From an uncultured Micavibrio sp. (lineage in GTDB: Bacteria > Pseudomonadota > Alphaproteobacteria > Micavibrionales > Micavibrionaceae), in the NCBI GenBank assembly GCA_964352375.1, contig CAYGSA010000001.1, forward strand, positions 26,714 through 90,713: 64,000 nt of DNA, given 5' to 3'. Shown one piece after another: positions 49,288 through 62,984 of this stretch (positions within the stretch are counted from its first letter, which is position 1; each line of letters begins with the position of its first letter). The notes beneath the pieces are model-generated. The model did no database searches. It saw nothing but the letters and a program-made list of their open reading frames with translations, and was not told the DNA's origin. A program made the position numbers and the translations under genes.

Positions 49288-50195
49288 TTTATTATGACCT
49301 CATAAAGCTCTCCTGGGCTAAGGAAGAGCTGAATACCGAGTTTTGTGCAGACCGCCAGAACGATTAATGCCAAGATTACCCTTGCGCGGGCGCCGGTGAC
49401 TTTTTGGGATGCGACCAACCCTGCACGTGCACCCAGAACGCCGCCTAATATTAAGAAGAATGCTAGTGTTATGTCTACGCTGTTGCTTACGGTCGAATGC
49501 ATTATAGTTGCAAAGGCGCTGGTGAATATGATTTGAAACAGGGACGTACCTGCAACGAGCAATGGTGGCATACCGAGAATATAAATCATTGCAGGTACGA
49601 GTAGAAAGCCTCCGCCCACACCCATTGTGACCACAAGAAAACCACTGACAAACCCTATAGTGCCTGGCACAAGAGCGCTCATATATAACTTAGAGCGCGG
49701 GAAACGCATTTTCCATGGAAGCTTAGACATTAATGTTGGTGATTTTAGGCGGTTAAACTCTGATTTAACGGATTTCTTTTTAAGCATGGTGAACATGCCT
49801 TCAAACAACATCATAATACCGATGGAGCCGAGTAGCACGATATAGAGCAGTGCAATGACCAGATCTATCTGACCCATATTTTTAATGAATTGGAAAAAGA
49901 CCATTCCGATGATGGTGCCGAAAAATCCGCCTATCAGCATGATGGTTCCGATTAAGAAATCAACGTGACCACGCCGCCAATAGCCCATGACACCGCTTGT
50001 GCCCGCGGCAATTAATTGACTCCCCTGTGTTCCAACGGCGACTGCGGATGGTATTCCCATGAACATCAAAAGAGGCGTTGTTAAAAAGCCCCCACCCACG
50101 CCAAAAATGCCTGATATAAAGCCTACGAATGCGCCCAGCATAAAGATAACCTCTATGGGCACGCTCATTTCAGCGATGGGTAGGTATATCTGCAT
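49284..50195 (-). CDS. Sulfite exporter TauE/SafE family protein
   Basis: 303 aa and polytopic. Shows repeated GVGGGFL motifs (GIFGVGGGFLTTPLL and MGVGGGFLLVPAM). Confidence 0.85.
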   Translation of the reverse strand: MQIYLPIAEMSVPIEVIFMLGAFVGFISGIFGVGGGFLTTPLLMFMGIPSAVAVGTQGSQLIAAGTSGVMGYWRRGHVDFLIGTIMLIGGFFGTIIGMVFFQFIKNMGQIDLVIALLYIVLLGSIGIMMLFEGMFTMLKKKSVKSEFNRLKSPTLMSKLPWKMRFPRSKLYMSALVPGTIGFVSGFLVVTMGVGGGFLLVPAMIYILGMPPLLVAGTSLFQIIFTSAFATIMHSTVSNSVDITLAFFLILGGVLGARAGLVASQKVTGARARVILALIVLAVCTKLGIQLFLSPGELYEVIIK

Positions 50196-50319
50196 CCTTA
50201 TATGGACCCGCGTTTATTTTTGCCTGTTATAGCATGCGAGAAATTATGATGCAAAAAATTAAAATTTAAAGTGTTTCTAGTGACTTAGATCATTTTATAC
50301 GCAAAAACGTGCATTTTTT

Positions 50320-50976
50320 CTAGAACTTGTAGTTTTCAAGCTCTGTCGGGCCTTTGACGTTTGTTGGCTTATCCGAAAGAAACCCACGGTAGCTACCCTG
50401 AGGTGTTTTTTGGCGTTTGTCTGTGAAATCTAAAGACTTAACAATGCTCAGAAAAGCAGGACGCCATTTGTGATAGACTGTTTCCTCGGCAGAGCAATCA
50501 GCAGCATACATTTTGTTGCGGTATAGAGATACGAACATGACACCCTTTTTTCTAACGATCGGCCCTTCAGCCGTTTCGAAGCTTGCTTCTGCCATGCTTG
50601 CAAACCCAATCCCTAAACCAGCCTGATCACGGAACGTGTTTATTTCGATGTCGTTATATTCACCAAGATACGTTTTCCAAAATTCGTAACTATATGCCAC
50701 GCGCTGAACATCGGTTTCGAATTTATTAGGATATATTGAGAAGCGACGGTCTTCACGAACACGGACGCGGCATTCCGCATATTCATTCGGGCCTGGACCT
50801 GCGATTGTTAACTTATCATCTGATTTTTGGTTGTTTATTATAGCCCAACTGTCAGGGAAGCTGATCGAGAATAAGTCATCTTTATCTTCTATATAGAAGA
50901 TTTCTGCTTGCGCGGCTGGAACCAGCAATGCGCAGAACGTTGCGCCGAGAATAAGTGATTTTACTTTTGAAAACAT
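50320..50976 (-). CDS. Periplasmic protein of unknown function
   Basis: 218 aa with signal peptide MFSKVKSLILGATFCALLVPAAQA. No family recognised. Confidence 0.5.
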   Translation of the reverse strand: MFSKVKSLILGATFCALLVPAAQAEIFYIEDKDDLFSISFPDSWAIINNQKSDDKLTIAGPGPNEYAECRVRVREDRRFSIYPNKFETDVQRVAYSYEFWKTYLGEYNDIEINTFRDQAGLGIGFASMAEASFETAEGPIVRKKGVMFVSLYRNKMYAADCSAEETVYHKWRPAFLSIVKSLDFTDKRQKTPQGSYRGFLSDKPTNVKGPTELENYKF

Positions 50977-51054
50977 GATATACGCTATCCCAATTCATTA
51001 ACTCTGAGATTATTGTGCACCGTGGCGGTGCGAAATGCAAACATCTTTTTGATA

Positions 51055-52056
51055 TTACGTATAGAAACCCATGATGTCTTGCACATCTTTTAGGACGCCT
51101 GTTGCTATCTCACGGGCGTTTTCAGCGCCTTTTAAAAGGACACCATCAACATAATCAGGGTTTTTCATGAGATCATTCATCTTCTCGCTAATTGGCGCGA
51201 GATGTTCAACGGCAACTTCTGCAAGCGCTGGCTTGAACGCTCCGAATTGTTGGCCTGCATGTTGCTTAATAACCTCTTCCCGCGAGATATTGGCGAGTGC
51301 GGCATAGAGGGTTACAAGGTTTATTGCTTCAGGTCTGCCTTCAAGATCTTTCAGATTGTCCGGTAGCGGGTCGGGATCTGTTTTTGCTTTCTTGATTTTC
51401 TTGAGAATCAAATCAGCATCGTCTGTAAGATTAATTCGTGTCATGTCAGAATCGGCAGACTTGCTCATTTTCTGTGTTCCATCGCGCAGGGACATCACGC
51501 GCGGTGCGGGGCCTGTGATGACGGGCTCGGGCTGTGGGAAGAATTCTTTTCCATAGCGCGTATTGAATGTTGAAGCCAAATCGCGGGTGAGTTCAAGATG
51601 TTGTTTTTGGTCTTCCCCCACAGGCACGTGCGTTGCCTTGTAGATTAAGATATCGGCAGCCATGAGGACTGGGTAGGCAAAAAGGCCGAGCCCTGCACGT
51701 TCCTTGTTTTTTCCAGCCTTGTCCTTGAATTGCGTCATGCGCTCTAGCTTGCCCATTTGCGCCATGGTGGCGAAGAGCCACATCAGCTGTGAGTGCTCTG
51801 GCACGTGGGATTGTACAAAGATGCTGGATTTAAGCGGGTCAATGCCCGCGGCGATGTAGGCCGCGGCGATTTCACGCGTTGCGGCGGCGAGCCCGCTTGG
51901 GTCGTAATCTAAGGTGATCGCGTGGAGGTCTACGACACCGTATAGGCGCTCGAAGTTTGGTTTTTCTTGAAAATCCACCCAGTTTTTGAGCGCGCCTAAG
52001 TAGTTCCCTAAGTGGAGCTGGCTGGTGGGTTGCATGCAAGAGAGAATGCGATTCAT
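51055..52056 (-). CDS. trpS: Tryptophan--tRNA ligase
   Basis: HIGH-like QLHLGNYLG and KMSKS motifs. 333 aa. Confidence 0.95.
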   Translation of the reverse strand: MNRILSCMQPTSQLHLGNYLGALKNWVDFQEKPNFERLYGVVDLHAITLDYDPSGLAAATREIAAAYIAAGIDPLKSSIFVQSHVPEHSQLMWLFATMAQMGKLERMTQFKDKAGKNKERAGLGLFAYPVLMAADILIYKATHVPVGEDQKQHLELTRDLASTFNTRYGKEFFPQPEPVITGPAPRVMSLRDGTQKMSKSADSDMTRINLTDDADLILKKIKKAKTDPDPLPDNLKDLEGRPEAINLVTLYAALANISREEVIKQHAGQQFGAFKPALAEVAVEHLAPISEKMNDLMKNPDYVDGVLLKGAENAREIATGVLKDVQDIMGFYT

Positions 52057-52062
52057 GTGATT

Positions 52063-53601
52063 TTACCTTTTTAATAAATATCGTTTTACGTCTGCGCGTT
52101 TTACGGCGCCTGTTCCTAAGATCATCGCGGCGTAGATGCCTAAGCCTGCGATCACAATCCCTGCTAAGCCGATGATTTGCATGATCATTGTACCATTAAA
52201 CATGGGCTGTAGGAGCAGCGAAAGACTATATACGCATGCGCCCATGATACAAGAGGATGCGATGATTTTTGGGATATTGCGCAGGAATGCATTATCGAAT
52301 TTTGCATGAGGATGTCCCTTTAATGCATTGATATGCATATAAAATTGTATCCACGCAGTTAATCCTGTGGCGAGTGCGATACCGACCACGCCAATGAATT
52401 GAATGAACAGAATACTGAGGGCGATGTTTAAAAGTGTCGCGATGATTGATATTTTGACGGGTGTTTTTGTGTCCTCGCGCGCCCAGTGCGCAGTTGAGAA
52501 GACTTTGATTGCGATGTAGGCGGGCAGACCAAGCGCATAAGCCATCAGGACTTGCGCCGTCATTGCGCTGTCCGTAGCGGTGAATTCACCACGCTCAAAC
52601 AGAACTGTGATGAGTGTTAGGGGCATAATGCCGAGAGCGATAGCGGCAGGCAGGCCGAGTAAGAGGCAGTATTCCAGTGCGCGGTTGAAGAGATGACGTG
52701 CCTCGCCTGTTTCTTTGGTCATGGCTTTGGAGAGCATGGGGAGGAGCGCGGTTCCTACGGCTATGCCGACAACGCCAAGGGGAAGTTGGTTGAGGCGATC
52801 TGCGTAGTACAGGTAAGAGATTGAACCTGATTCCAAAAACGACGCCATAATGAGGTCTGCGAACAGGTTGATATGTACGACCCCTGCCCCGATGACGGCT
52901 GGCCCCATCAATCTGAAAACCTTTTTAATGTCTGCATTGAACTTAGGCACCGCAAAGGTGATTTTCACGCCAGCTTTGCGGGCACATATCCAGAGGAAGA
53001 GGAATTGTAAGACGCCTGCGCTTAAGAGTCCGTAGGAAAGCGCGTGCCCGACGGATTCGAACTTATCGCTGATGAGGAGCGCGGCTATTAAAGAGAGGTT
53101 GAACAGCACTGGTGCAAAGGCGAATGGTGCAAAACGGTTCAGGGCGTTCATGACCCCGCCTAAGAGCGCCGTCAAAGACATTAAGAGTAAGTACGGGAAT
53201 GTTATCCGTGATAGTTCTACTGCAGTGTTGAAGCGAAGCGGGTCATCGTAGAAGCCTGGTGCAAGTGCACTTATGATGTAGGGCATGCCAATCAGTGCGA
53301 GGCACGTAAATGCACTTAAAATGCTGAGCATCACCATGAAGGCGTTGGAGGCGAAGTTATCGGCTGCCTCTTGATTTTCGTTACTCAACGTTTTGGAATA
53401 TAATGGGACGAAGACGATGCTAAATGCGCCCTCTGCGGTGACGCGGCGGAAGAAGTTTGGTAGCTTTAGCGCCACAAAGAACGCGTCAGCGATAGGCCCT
53501 GCCCCCAGATACGCAGCCGTCAGCATATCGCGGGCAAATCCTGCAATGCGGGACAGGCCAGTTAAACCAGCGACGGTAGCCATAGCTTTTACGAGTTTCA
53601 T
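52063..53601 (-). CDS. murJ: Lipid II flippase MurJ
   Basis: 512 aa and polytopic. Shows LSRIAGFARDMLTAAYLGAGPIADAFFVALKLPNFFRR. Confidence 0.93.
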   Translation of the reverse strand: MKLVKAMATVAGLTGLSRIAGFARDMLTAAYLGAGPIADAFFVALKLPNFFRRVTAEGAFSIVFVPLYSKTLSNENQEAADNFASNAFMVMLSILSAFTCLALIGMPYIISALAPGFYDDPLRFNTAVELSRITFPYLLLMSLTALLGGVMNALNRFAPFAFAPVLFNLSLIAALLISDKFESVGHALSYGLLSAGVLQFLFLWICARKAGVKITFAVPKFNADIKKVFRLMGPAVIGAGVVHINLFADLIMASFLESGSISYLYYADRLNQLPLGVVGIAVGTALLPMLSKAMTKETGEARHLFNRALEYCLLLGLPAAIALGIMPLTLITVLFERGEFTATDSAMTAQVLMAYALGLPAYIAIKVFSTAHWAREDTKTPVKISIIATLLNIALSILFIQFIGVVGIALATGLTAWIQFYMHINALKGHPHAKFDNAFLRNIPKIIASSCIMGACVYSLSLLLQPMFNGTMIMQIIGLAGIVIAGLGIYAAMILGTGAVKRADVKRYLLKR

Positions 53602-53638
53602 ATGATAAGTCGTATCACAGCTTAAGGAGAATAACAGT

Positions 53639-54403
53639 ATGCAGAATCCTGAAAAATCATGGTTTGGGGAAAAAGAAGTCAGCCCTGAGGAGAAAACTCA
53701 AGGCGTTATTGGTGTTTTTGACAGTGTTGCCGATCAATATGACCTGATGAATGACTTTATGAGTGGTGGCTTGCATCGCTTGTGGAAAGATCAGTTTATT
53801 CGTATGATCCGTCCACGTCAGAGCATTGCTGGACGTCCTGCTGATTACCTTGATGTTGCGGGTGGGACTGGTGACATTGCGTTTCGCATTCGTAAGAAAA
53901 CTGGCGTTGGGGCGAATATTACGCTGTGTGACCTTAATGAGAATATGCTGAGCGTTGGGCGGAACCGAGCCATTGATAAGGGCTGGATTGATGATTTTAG
54001 CTGGGTTACTGGCAATGCGGAGAGCTTGCCGATACCTGACAATTCTGTGGATGTTTATACGATTGCCTTTGGATTGCGCAATGTCACACACATAGATACG
54101 GGGCTGGCGGAGGCTTATCGTGTGCTGCGCCCGGGTGGGACGTTCTTTTGTCTTGAGTTTTCGCATGTGCGGCCAAAGATTTTGGCGAAGGCCTATGATC
54201 TTTATTCCTATAATGTAATTCCGCGACTCGGCAAGGCCGTTGCGAATGATGAAGAGAGTTATCAGTATTTAGTCGAAAGTATTCGTAAATTTCCTACGCA
54301 GCGCAAACTTGTGAAGCGTATTGAGCAAGCGGGCTTTAAATCTGCACGTTACACGAACTTTTCTGCGGGCATTGTTGCGGTTCATCAAGGTACTAAAATA
54401 TAG
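53639..54403 (+). CDS. ubiE: Demethylmenaquinone / ubiquinone C-methyltransferase
   Basis: Shows FDSVADQYDLMNDFMSGGLHRLWK, LDVAGGTGD, and FGLRNVT. Confidence 0.93.
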   Translation: MQNPEKSWFGEKEVSPEEKTQGVIGVFDSVADQYDLMNDFMSGGLHRLWKDQFIRMIRPRQSIAGRPADYLDVAGGTGDIAFRIRKKTGVGANITLCDLNENMLSVGRNRAIDKGWIDDFSWVTGNAESLPIPDNSVDVYTIAFGLRNVTHIDTGLAEAYRVLRPGGTFFCLEFSHVRPKILAKAYDLYSYNVIPRLGKAVANDEESYQYLVESIRKFPTQRKLVKRIEQAGFKSARYTNFSAGIVAVHQGTKI

Positions 54404-54505
54404 ACTTGTGCATAGTTTTGTGACCCTAAAACGCTTTTCGTTTGACTCTTTGAATAGTAGTGATGCATTATCCGCGAACTTTTCACTAATTTGGATGAGA
54501 GACAA

Positions 54506-55126
54506 ATGAGCAATTTTACAAAATCTATTATGTACTCAACTACTGTTCTTGCCGCTGGGCTTGTTGCAGTATTCGCAATTTACAATACTGTGTCTGATAA
54601 AGATGCATCAGAGCTTGCAGGTATTACGCCTGCTGCTGGCGGGAGCGAGCTTGGCCTTAACTTTGAAGGCGTATCTTCGGCAGTTGATGGCGTAGCATCA
54701 GGTATTTCTGAAGCGGCTGGCGATGCTTATGAAGGTGGTGCAAAACTAGCGGAAAACGCTACTGAGGCTGTTTCTGCTACCGCTGCAGCGGCTGGTGATT
54801 CTGCTTCTGATGCGGCTGGCGCTGTTGCTGATGGCGCCGCCAAAGCAGTTGACGGTGCAAAAGAAGCCGCCTCTAATGTTGCTGATGGTGCTGCTAAGGC
54901 TTATAAAACAACAAAGGATGCCGCTACTGGCGCAGTTGAGAGCACATCTGAAGCACTAAATGATAAAACGGACGCTGCTGGTGAAGCGGTTGAGGCTGTT
55001 ACGCCTGCTGCTGGTGCGGAAGACACTATAGAAGAAGGCACTGAAGCGGCTGCTGATGTTGCTGAAGATATAAGCGAAGATGCAGGTGCGGCTGTTGAAG
55101 ACGCGAAAGAGATGATTAAGCACTAA
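54506..55126 (+). CDS. N-terminally anchored Ala/Asp/Glu-rich low-complexity protein
   Basis: One TM helix (IMYSTTVLAAGLVAVFAIY), then about 170 aa of A/G/D/E/V-rich degenerate repeats (DAAGAVADGAAKAVDGAKEAASNVADGAAKAY...). A strong terminator follows. Confidence 0.55.
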   Translation: MSNFTKSIMYSTTVLAAGLVAVFAIYNTVSDKDASELAGITPAAGGSELGLNFEGVSSAVDGVASGISEAAGDAYEGGAKLAENATEAVSATAAAAGDSASDAAGAVADGAAKAVDGAKEAASNVADGAAKAYKTTKDAATGAVESTSEALNDKTDAAGEAVEAVTPAAGAEDTIEEGTEAAADVAEDISEDAGAAVEDAKEMIKH

Positions 55127-55159
55127 GCTTGAATAATCTCTTTAAACACAGTATTAAAA

Positions 55160-55192
55160 AGCCTTGCATATATTTGCAGGGCTTTTTCTTTT
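55160..55192 (+). terminator. Rho-independent terminator
   Basis: Stem AGCCTTGCA (55160-68) pairs with TGCAGGGCT (55175-83), 9 bp with one G-T pair, across loop TATATT, followed by TTTTCTTTT. Confidence 0.75.
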
Positions 55193-55205
55193 GGAGATAT
55201 GGCTG

Positions 55206-56417
55206 ATGTTAAAAGATAAGAACATACTTCTGATTATTTCTGGTGGAATTTCGGCGTATAAAACGCTTGACCTTATTCGCCTGATCACAAAAAATAGCGG
55301 CAGTGTTCAGTGTATCCTGACGCATGGTGGGGCGCAATTTGTTACCCCGCTCAGTGTTTCCTCTCTTTCTCAGAATAAGGTTTATTCCGAACTGTGGTCG
55401 CTCAATGATGAGGCGGAGATGGGGCATATTCGCCTGAGTCGTGAATGTGACTTGGTGATTGTTGCACCTGCCAGTGCGGATATTATGGCGAAAATGGCGC
55501 ATGGCCTAGCGAATGATCTGGCGTCCACGACTTTGCTGGCCTCGAACAAGCCTGTTTTGGTTGCGCCTGCGATGAACCCTGAGATGTGGGCGCATGCCGC
55601 GACACAGGATAATATCCAAACTTTAAAAAATCGTGGTGTTCATTTCGTGGGGCCGAATGCAGGTGAGATGGCGTGCGGTGAAACGGGGCTTGGGCGAATG
55701 AGTGAGCCAGAAGAGATTCTCTCTGCGGTTACTCATTTTTTTTTTGAAAAGCCTTTAAAGGGTCGAAAAGCTCTTGTGACCAGTGGCCCGACTTATGAGC
55801 CGCTTGATCCGGTGCGGTTTTTGGGCAATCGATCTTCTGGCAAACAGGGGCATGCGATCGCCGAGGCTTTGCGTGATGCAGGAGCGGATGTGACGCTGGT
55901 TTCAGGGCCTGTCGGTTTGAACGCGCCTGAGGGTGTGTTTACTGTGCATGTGGAGACGGCGAAGGAGATGCTGGTGGCCTGCGAGAGCGCGCTTCCGTTC
56001 GATATTGCCGTATGCACAGCTGCGGTGTGTGATTGGGCGCCTGTCTCATGTGCGGGACAGAAGTTGAAAAAGAAAGAAGATCAAGATGCGCCTACTTTTG
56101 AGCTGACGCAGAATCCTGATATTTTGAAGACCATCTCATATTCAAATAAGCGCCCTGCACTGGTTGTTGGGTTTGCGGCGGAGACTGAAGCGGTTCTGAA
56201 GCATGCTCAGGGCAAACTGGCGCGCAAAGGATGTGACTGGATTATTGCCAATGAAGTTGGAGCGGATGAGAATGGCGCGGAAAAGACTTTCGGCGCAGAT
56301 GAGAATCAAATATATTTTATCACTCAAGAGAAACATGAGCATTGGGCGCGGGCGAGTAAGGCCGATATTGCGTATCGATTGGTTAAAAATATTATTCAAC
56401 ATTTTGAAAAGGTTTGA
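55206..56417 (+). CDS. coaBC: Bifunctional phosphopantothenoylcysteine decarboxylase / phosphopantothenate--cysteine ligase
   Basis: Shows [40 protein letters not shown], and FAAET. The start is set at ATG 55206. Confidence 0.93.
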   Translation: MLKDKNILLIISGGISAYKTLDLIRLITKNSGSVQCILTHGGAQFVTPLSVSSLSQNKVYSELWSLNDEAEMGHIRLSRECDLVIVAPASADIMAKMAHGLANDLASTTLLASNKPVLVAPAMNPEMWAHAATQDNIQTLKNRGVHFVGPNAGEMACGETGLGRMSEPEEILSAVTHFFFEKPLKGRKALVTSGPTYEPLDPVRFLGNRSSGKQGHAIAEALRDAGADVTLVSGPVGLNAPEGVFTVHVETAKEMLVACESALPFDIAVCTAAVCDWAPVSCAGQKLKKKEDQDAPTFELTQNPDILKTISYSNKRPALVVGFAAETEAVLKHAQGKLARKGCDWIIANEVGADENGAEKTFGADENQIYFITQEKHEHWARASKADIAYRLVKNIIQHFEKV

Positions 56418-56419
56418 AC

Positions 56420-56896
56420 ATGCTAGAGAGCATCATTAACGAAGACGATATTGAAGTTGAACTTAAACCGCTTGAAAACGCTGTTGGTCTAAAATTACCG
56501 ACTTATGCGACGACCGGATCTGCGGGTATGGATTTGACCGCAGCGCTTGAGGAAGCTTTAGAACTTGACTCGGGAGATCGTGCGCTTATACCAACGGGGC
56601 TGGCGATCGCTTTGCCTAAGGGGTTCGAAGCGCAAATTCGTCCAAGATCAGGGCTGGCGATTAATCATGGCGTTACGGTTTTGAATTCTCCAGGTACAAT
56701 TGATGCTGATTATCGAGGCGAAATTAAAGTGATTTTGATTAATCACGGAAAAGAGCCGTTTGTAGTGCAACGCGGCATGCGAATTGCGCAGATGGTTGTT
56801 GAGCGCTATACACATGTGAACTGGACTGTGGTTGAAAGCCTTGAAGAAGATACAGAGCGCGGAGAAGGTGGATTTGGATCAACGGGGCAGGAATGA
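56420..56896 (+). CDS. dut: dUTP diphosphatase
   Basis: Shows [24 protein letters not shown], and [10 protein letters not shown]. The start is ATG 56420, or TTG 56414. Confidence 0.93.
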   Translation: MLESIINEDDIEVELKPLENAVGLKLPTYATTGSAGMDLTAALEEALELDSGDRALIPTGLAIALPKGFEAQIRPRSGLAINHGVTVLNSPGTIDADYRGEIKVILINHGKEPFVVQRGMRIAQMVVERYTHVNWTVVESLEEDTERGEGGFGSTGQE

Positions 56897-56899
56897 TTG

Positions 56900-60617
<3,718 letters not shown>

Positions 60618-60850
60618 GGGTGATTTGGCTCTGCGTTTTGTATAGTTCGTTCGTGTATTTTTGATTTTCAAAACTGGCTTTTCTGTATTATTCAATATCT
60701 TAACTTTATTCACCTGCCCCCTGCGGGCAAAGAGATATATTAGCATTATATTCCTATAAAGTCAATATTTTATTCGTTTTTTTGATTTTCTCTTGACGTA
60801 ATATATTTCTTTACTGTATTTTTTAAAAAAAATGATTAATGAGGTTGAAT

Positions 60851-61522
60851 ATGAATACGGTTATTAGCTCCCATTGGCCTGATACTGATGAGGATGGAGG
60901 GGAATATTTTTCAATTCCATGCCCCCATCCTGATGCTACAGATGGTGTATTTAAAGCCGCTCCTCAAGGGTTTAGTTTTACTGGAGGCATGCTTGAGAGT
61001 AACGAGCATTCAGGGGATCGAACATATCTGATGGCAGATGTTCGCAAGCTTATTGCTAAGGTTGAAGACACTGATCCTAAAATGATGGCGCACGCCAGAT
61101 ACAAGTTTTCAGGAGAAAGTGCGTCTTCTTGGTTATCTAACAATTCTAAATTCCCTTACGATACAGGGTCTTTCTTTTTTGATACCCGATCGCGCAGTCA
61201 GGAATATTATGATTTTCATTACAATTCTATTAAGGGCAGTGTAAATCGGTTTTGTACAGAAGTTGGTCTTTCTGGTATTTTCAACGAACCCGATGACGCG
61301 TACCAAGATAAACTAACGTTATCTGGTGGTAATGCAGGTATGCTTATTCTCTTTCAAGAGCTTGGTATTGATCGTATTCCCATTGGTGTGACTTCTGATA
61401 ACGCACAAGACATGGAAAAAATCGTTTCTGAGTTAGGTTATGGAGAGTTTCCTATTATAAGAGCGCAGGACAAATTCCGCGGATATAATTTACAAGAGTT
61501 GCAAGAAGAAAACGCTCCCTAG
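60851..61522 (+). CDS. Hypothetical protein (orphan, no recognisable domain)
   Basis: About 223 aa from ATG 60851, with GAGG 5 nt upstream. It is preceded by a 230-bp AT-rich spacer. No signal peptide or TM segment, and no family recognised. Confidence 0.45.
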   Translation: MNTVISSHWPDTDEDGGEYFSIPCPHPDATDGVFKAAPQGFSFTGGMLESNEHSGDRTYLMADVRKLIAKVEDTDPKMMAHARYKFSGESASSWLSNNSKFPYDTGSFFFDTRSRSQEYYDFHYNSIKGSVNRFCTEVGLSGIFNEPDDAYQDKLTLSGGNAGMLILFQELGIDRIPIGVTSDNAQDMEKIVSELGYGEFPIIRAQDKFRGYNLQELQEENAP

Positions 61523-61523
61523 A

Positions 61524-62531
61524 TCACTCCCCCACACCATCAAAAAGTGCGCTAGAGATATAGCGCTCGGCGAAGGATGGGATGATTGTTACGATTTTTT
61601 TCCCCTTATTTTCCGGCATTTCTGCGGCTATTTTTGCTGCTGCGAAGGCGGCGCCAGATGAGATTCCACATGGGATGCCTTCGAGACGGGCCAGTTCGCG
61701 GGCCGTAGCCAGAGAGACGTCGCTCGGGATTTGGATGACGTCGTCAATTAGACCTGTATCGAGGATGGAGGGGATAAACCCTGCGCCGATGCCTTGGATT
61801 TTGTGTGGCGCAGGTTGACCGCCCGACAGGACGGGGCTTTCTGTTGGTTCTACGGCATAGGTTTTGAAGCCTGGCTTTTTGGCTTTTAGAACTTGTGATG
61901 TTCCTGTCAGTGTTCCGCCTGTTCCTACGCCAGAGATCAAGATATCTGCTTCGCCGTTTGTGTCTTCCCATATCTCAAGCGCGGTTGTTTCACGGTGGAT
62001 TTGCGGGTTTGCAGGATTGTCGAACTGACCTGGCATGAAAGCGTTTTCATGTTCAGCGAGGAGTTCCTCAGCTTTTGCAATCGCGCCTGACATGCCCTTT
62101 TCTTTTGGGGTCAGGACCAGCTCTGCGCCGTAGAAGGCCAGCATTTTGCGGCGCTCTATGGACATGCTTTCGGGCATTGTCAGGATGAGGTGATATCCTT
62201 TATTTGCGGCAACGAAGGCCAGCGCAATTCCTGTGTTTCCCGATGTTGGCTCGATGAGCACTGTTTTGCCTGGTGTGATTTTCCCAGAGCGCTCTGCATC
62301 CTCTATCATGGCAAAGCCGATGCGGTCTTTGACGGACGCGATGGGGTTGAAGAATTCCAGTTTTGCGAGGATTTCGGCCTGCAGATTATATTTCGCGGTA
62401 AATTTGGGAACGCGGACGAGCGGCGTTGCGCCAATAGTGTCGAGGATGCTGTCATAGATATGGCCGCGTGCTTCGGCGTTCGATTTCAGGGCTTCGTTTT
62501 CGTTCTTGATTGCTACAAATGTCATGTTCAT
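61524..62531 (-). CDS. cysK: Cysteine synthase A (O-acetylserine sulfhydrylase)
   Basis: PLP-Lys motif NPIASVKDRIG, plus PTSGNTGIALA and GVGTGGTLTG. Confidence 0.93.
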   Translation of the reverse strand: MNMTFVAIKNENEALKSNAEARGHIYDSILDTIGATPLVRVPKFTAKYNLQAEILAKLEFFNPIASVKDRIGFAMIEDAERSGKITPGKTVLIEPTSGNTGIALAFVAANKGYHLILTMPESMSIERRKMLAFYGAELVLTPKEKGMSGAIAKAEELLAEHENAFMPGQFDNPANPQIHRETTALEIWEDTNGEADILISGVGTGGTLTGTSQVLKAKKPGFKTYAVEPTESPVLSGGQPAPHKIQGIGAGFIPSILDTGLIDDVIQIPSDVSLATARELARLEGIPCGISSGAAFAAAKIAAEMPENKGKKIVTIIPSFAERYISSALFDGVGE

Positions 62532-62580
62532 CTCCTTGTCAAAGTATCTATTCGGTGTTCGTGATCAGGCGTTACAGTAT

Positions 62581-62919
62581 TTAGTCGCCTTCCCCGGGTT
62601 TTTCACTGAAATCAGTGTCGATTTTGCCTGTTTTGTCTTTCATCTCTTCGGCTTCAGGCATAGCGTCTTTTTTGAGGGTGATGTTCGGCCATTCTTCCGA
62701 GTATTTACGGTTTAGCTCTAGCCATGCCTCTGCTGCATCATCTGTGTCAGGTAATATTGCCTCGATTGGGCATTCGGGTTCGCAAACGCCGCAATCTATG
62801 CATTCATCCGGGTGTATGACCAGCATGTTTTCGCCCTCGTAGAAACAATCTACGGGGCAGACCTCTACGCAGTCAGTGTATTTACAACGGATACAGGCAT
62901 CGGTAACAACGAACGTCAT
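62581..62919 (-). CDS. fdxA: 7Fe ferredoxin (3Fe-4S + 4Fe-4S), FdxA type
   Basis: Shows [29 protein letters not shown]...[12 protein letters not shown]. Confidence 0.93.
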   Translation of the reverse strand: MTFVVTDACIRCKYTDCVEVCPVDCFYEGENMLVIHPDECIDCGVCEPECPIEAILPDTDDAAEAWLELNRKYSEEWPNITLKKDAMPEAEEMKDKTGKIDTDFSEKPGEGD

Positions 62920-62984
62920 AGAGTTCCTCAGTCGCTTTTAATAAGCGCATAGATTAGAATCGCTCATGATGTAAAGCAAGGATT

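Noticed and set aside
51026-51040. Hairpin GCACCG-TGG-CGGTGC, 15 nt downstream of the trpS stop
   Set aside because: The stem is perfect and 6 bp long, but no U-tract follows on the trpS strand. It cannot be supported as an intrinsic terminator from sequence alone.
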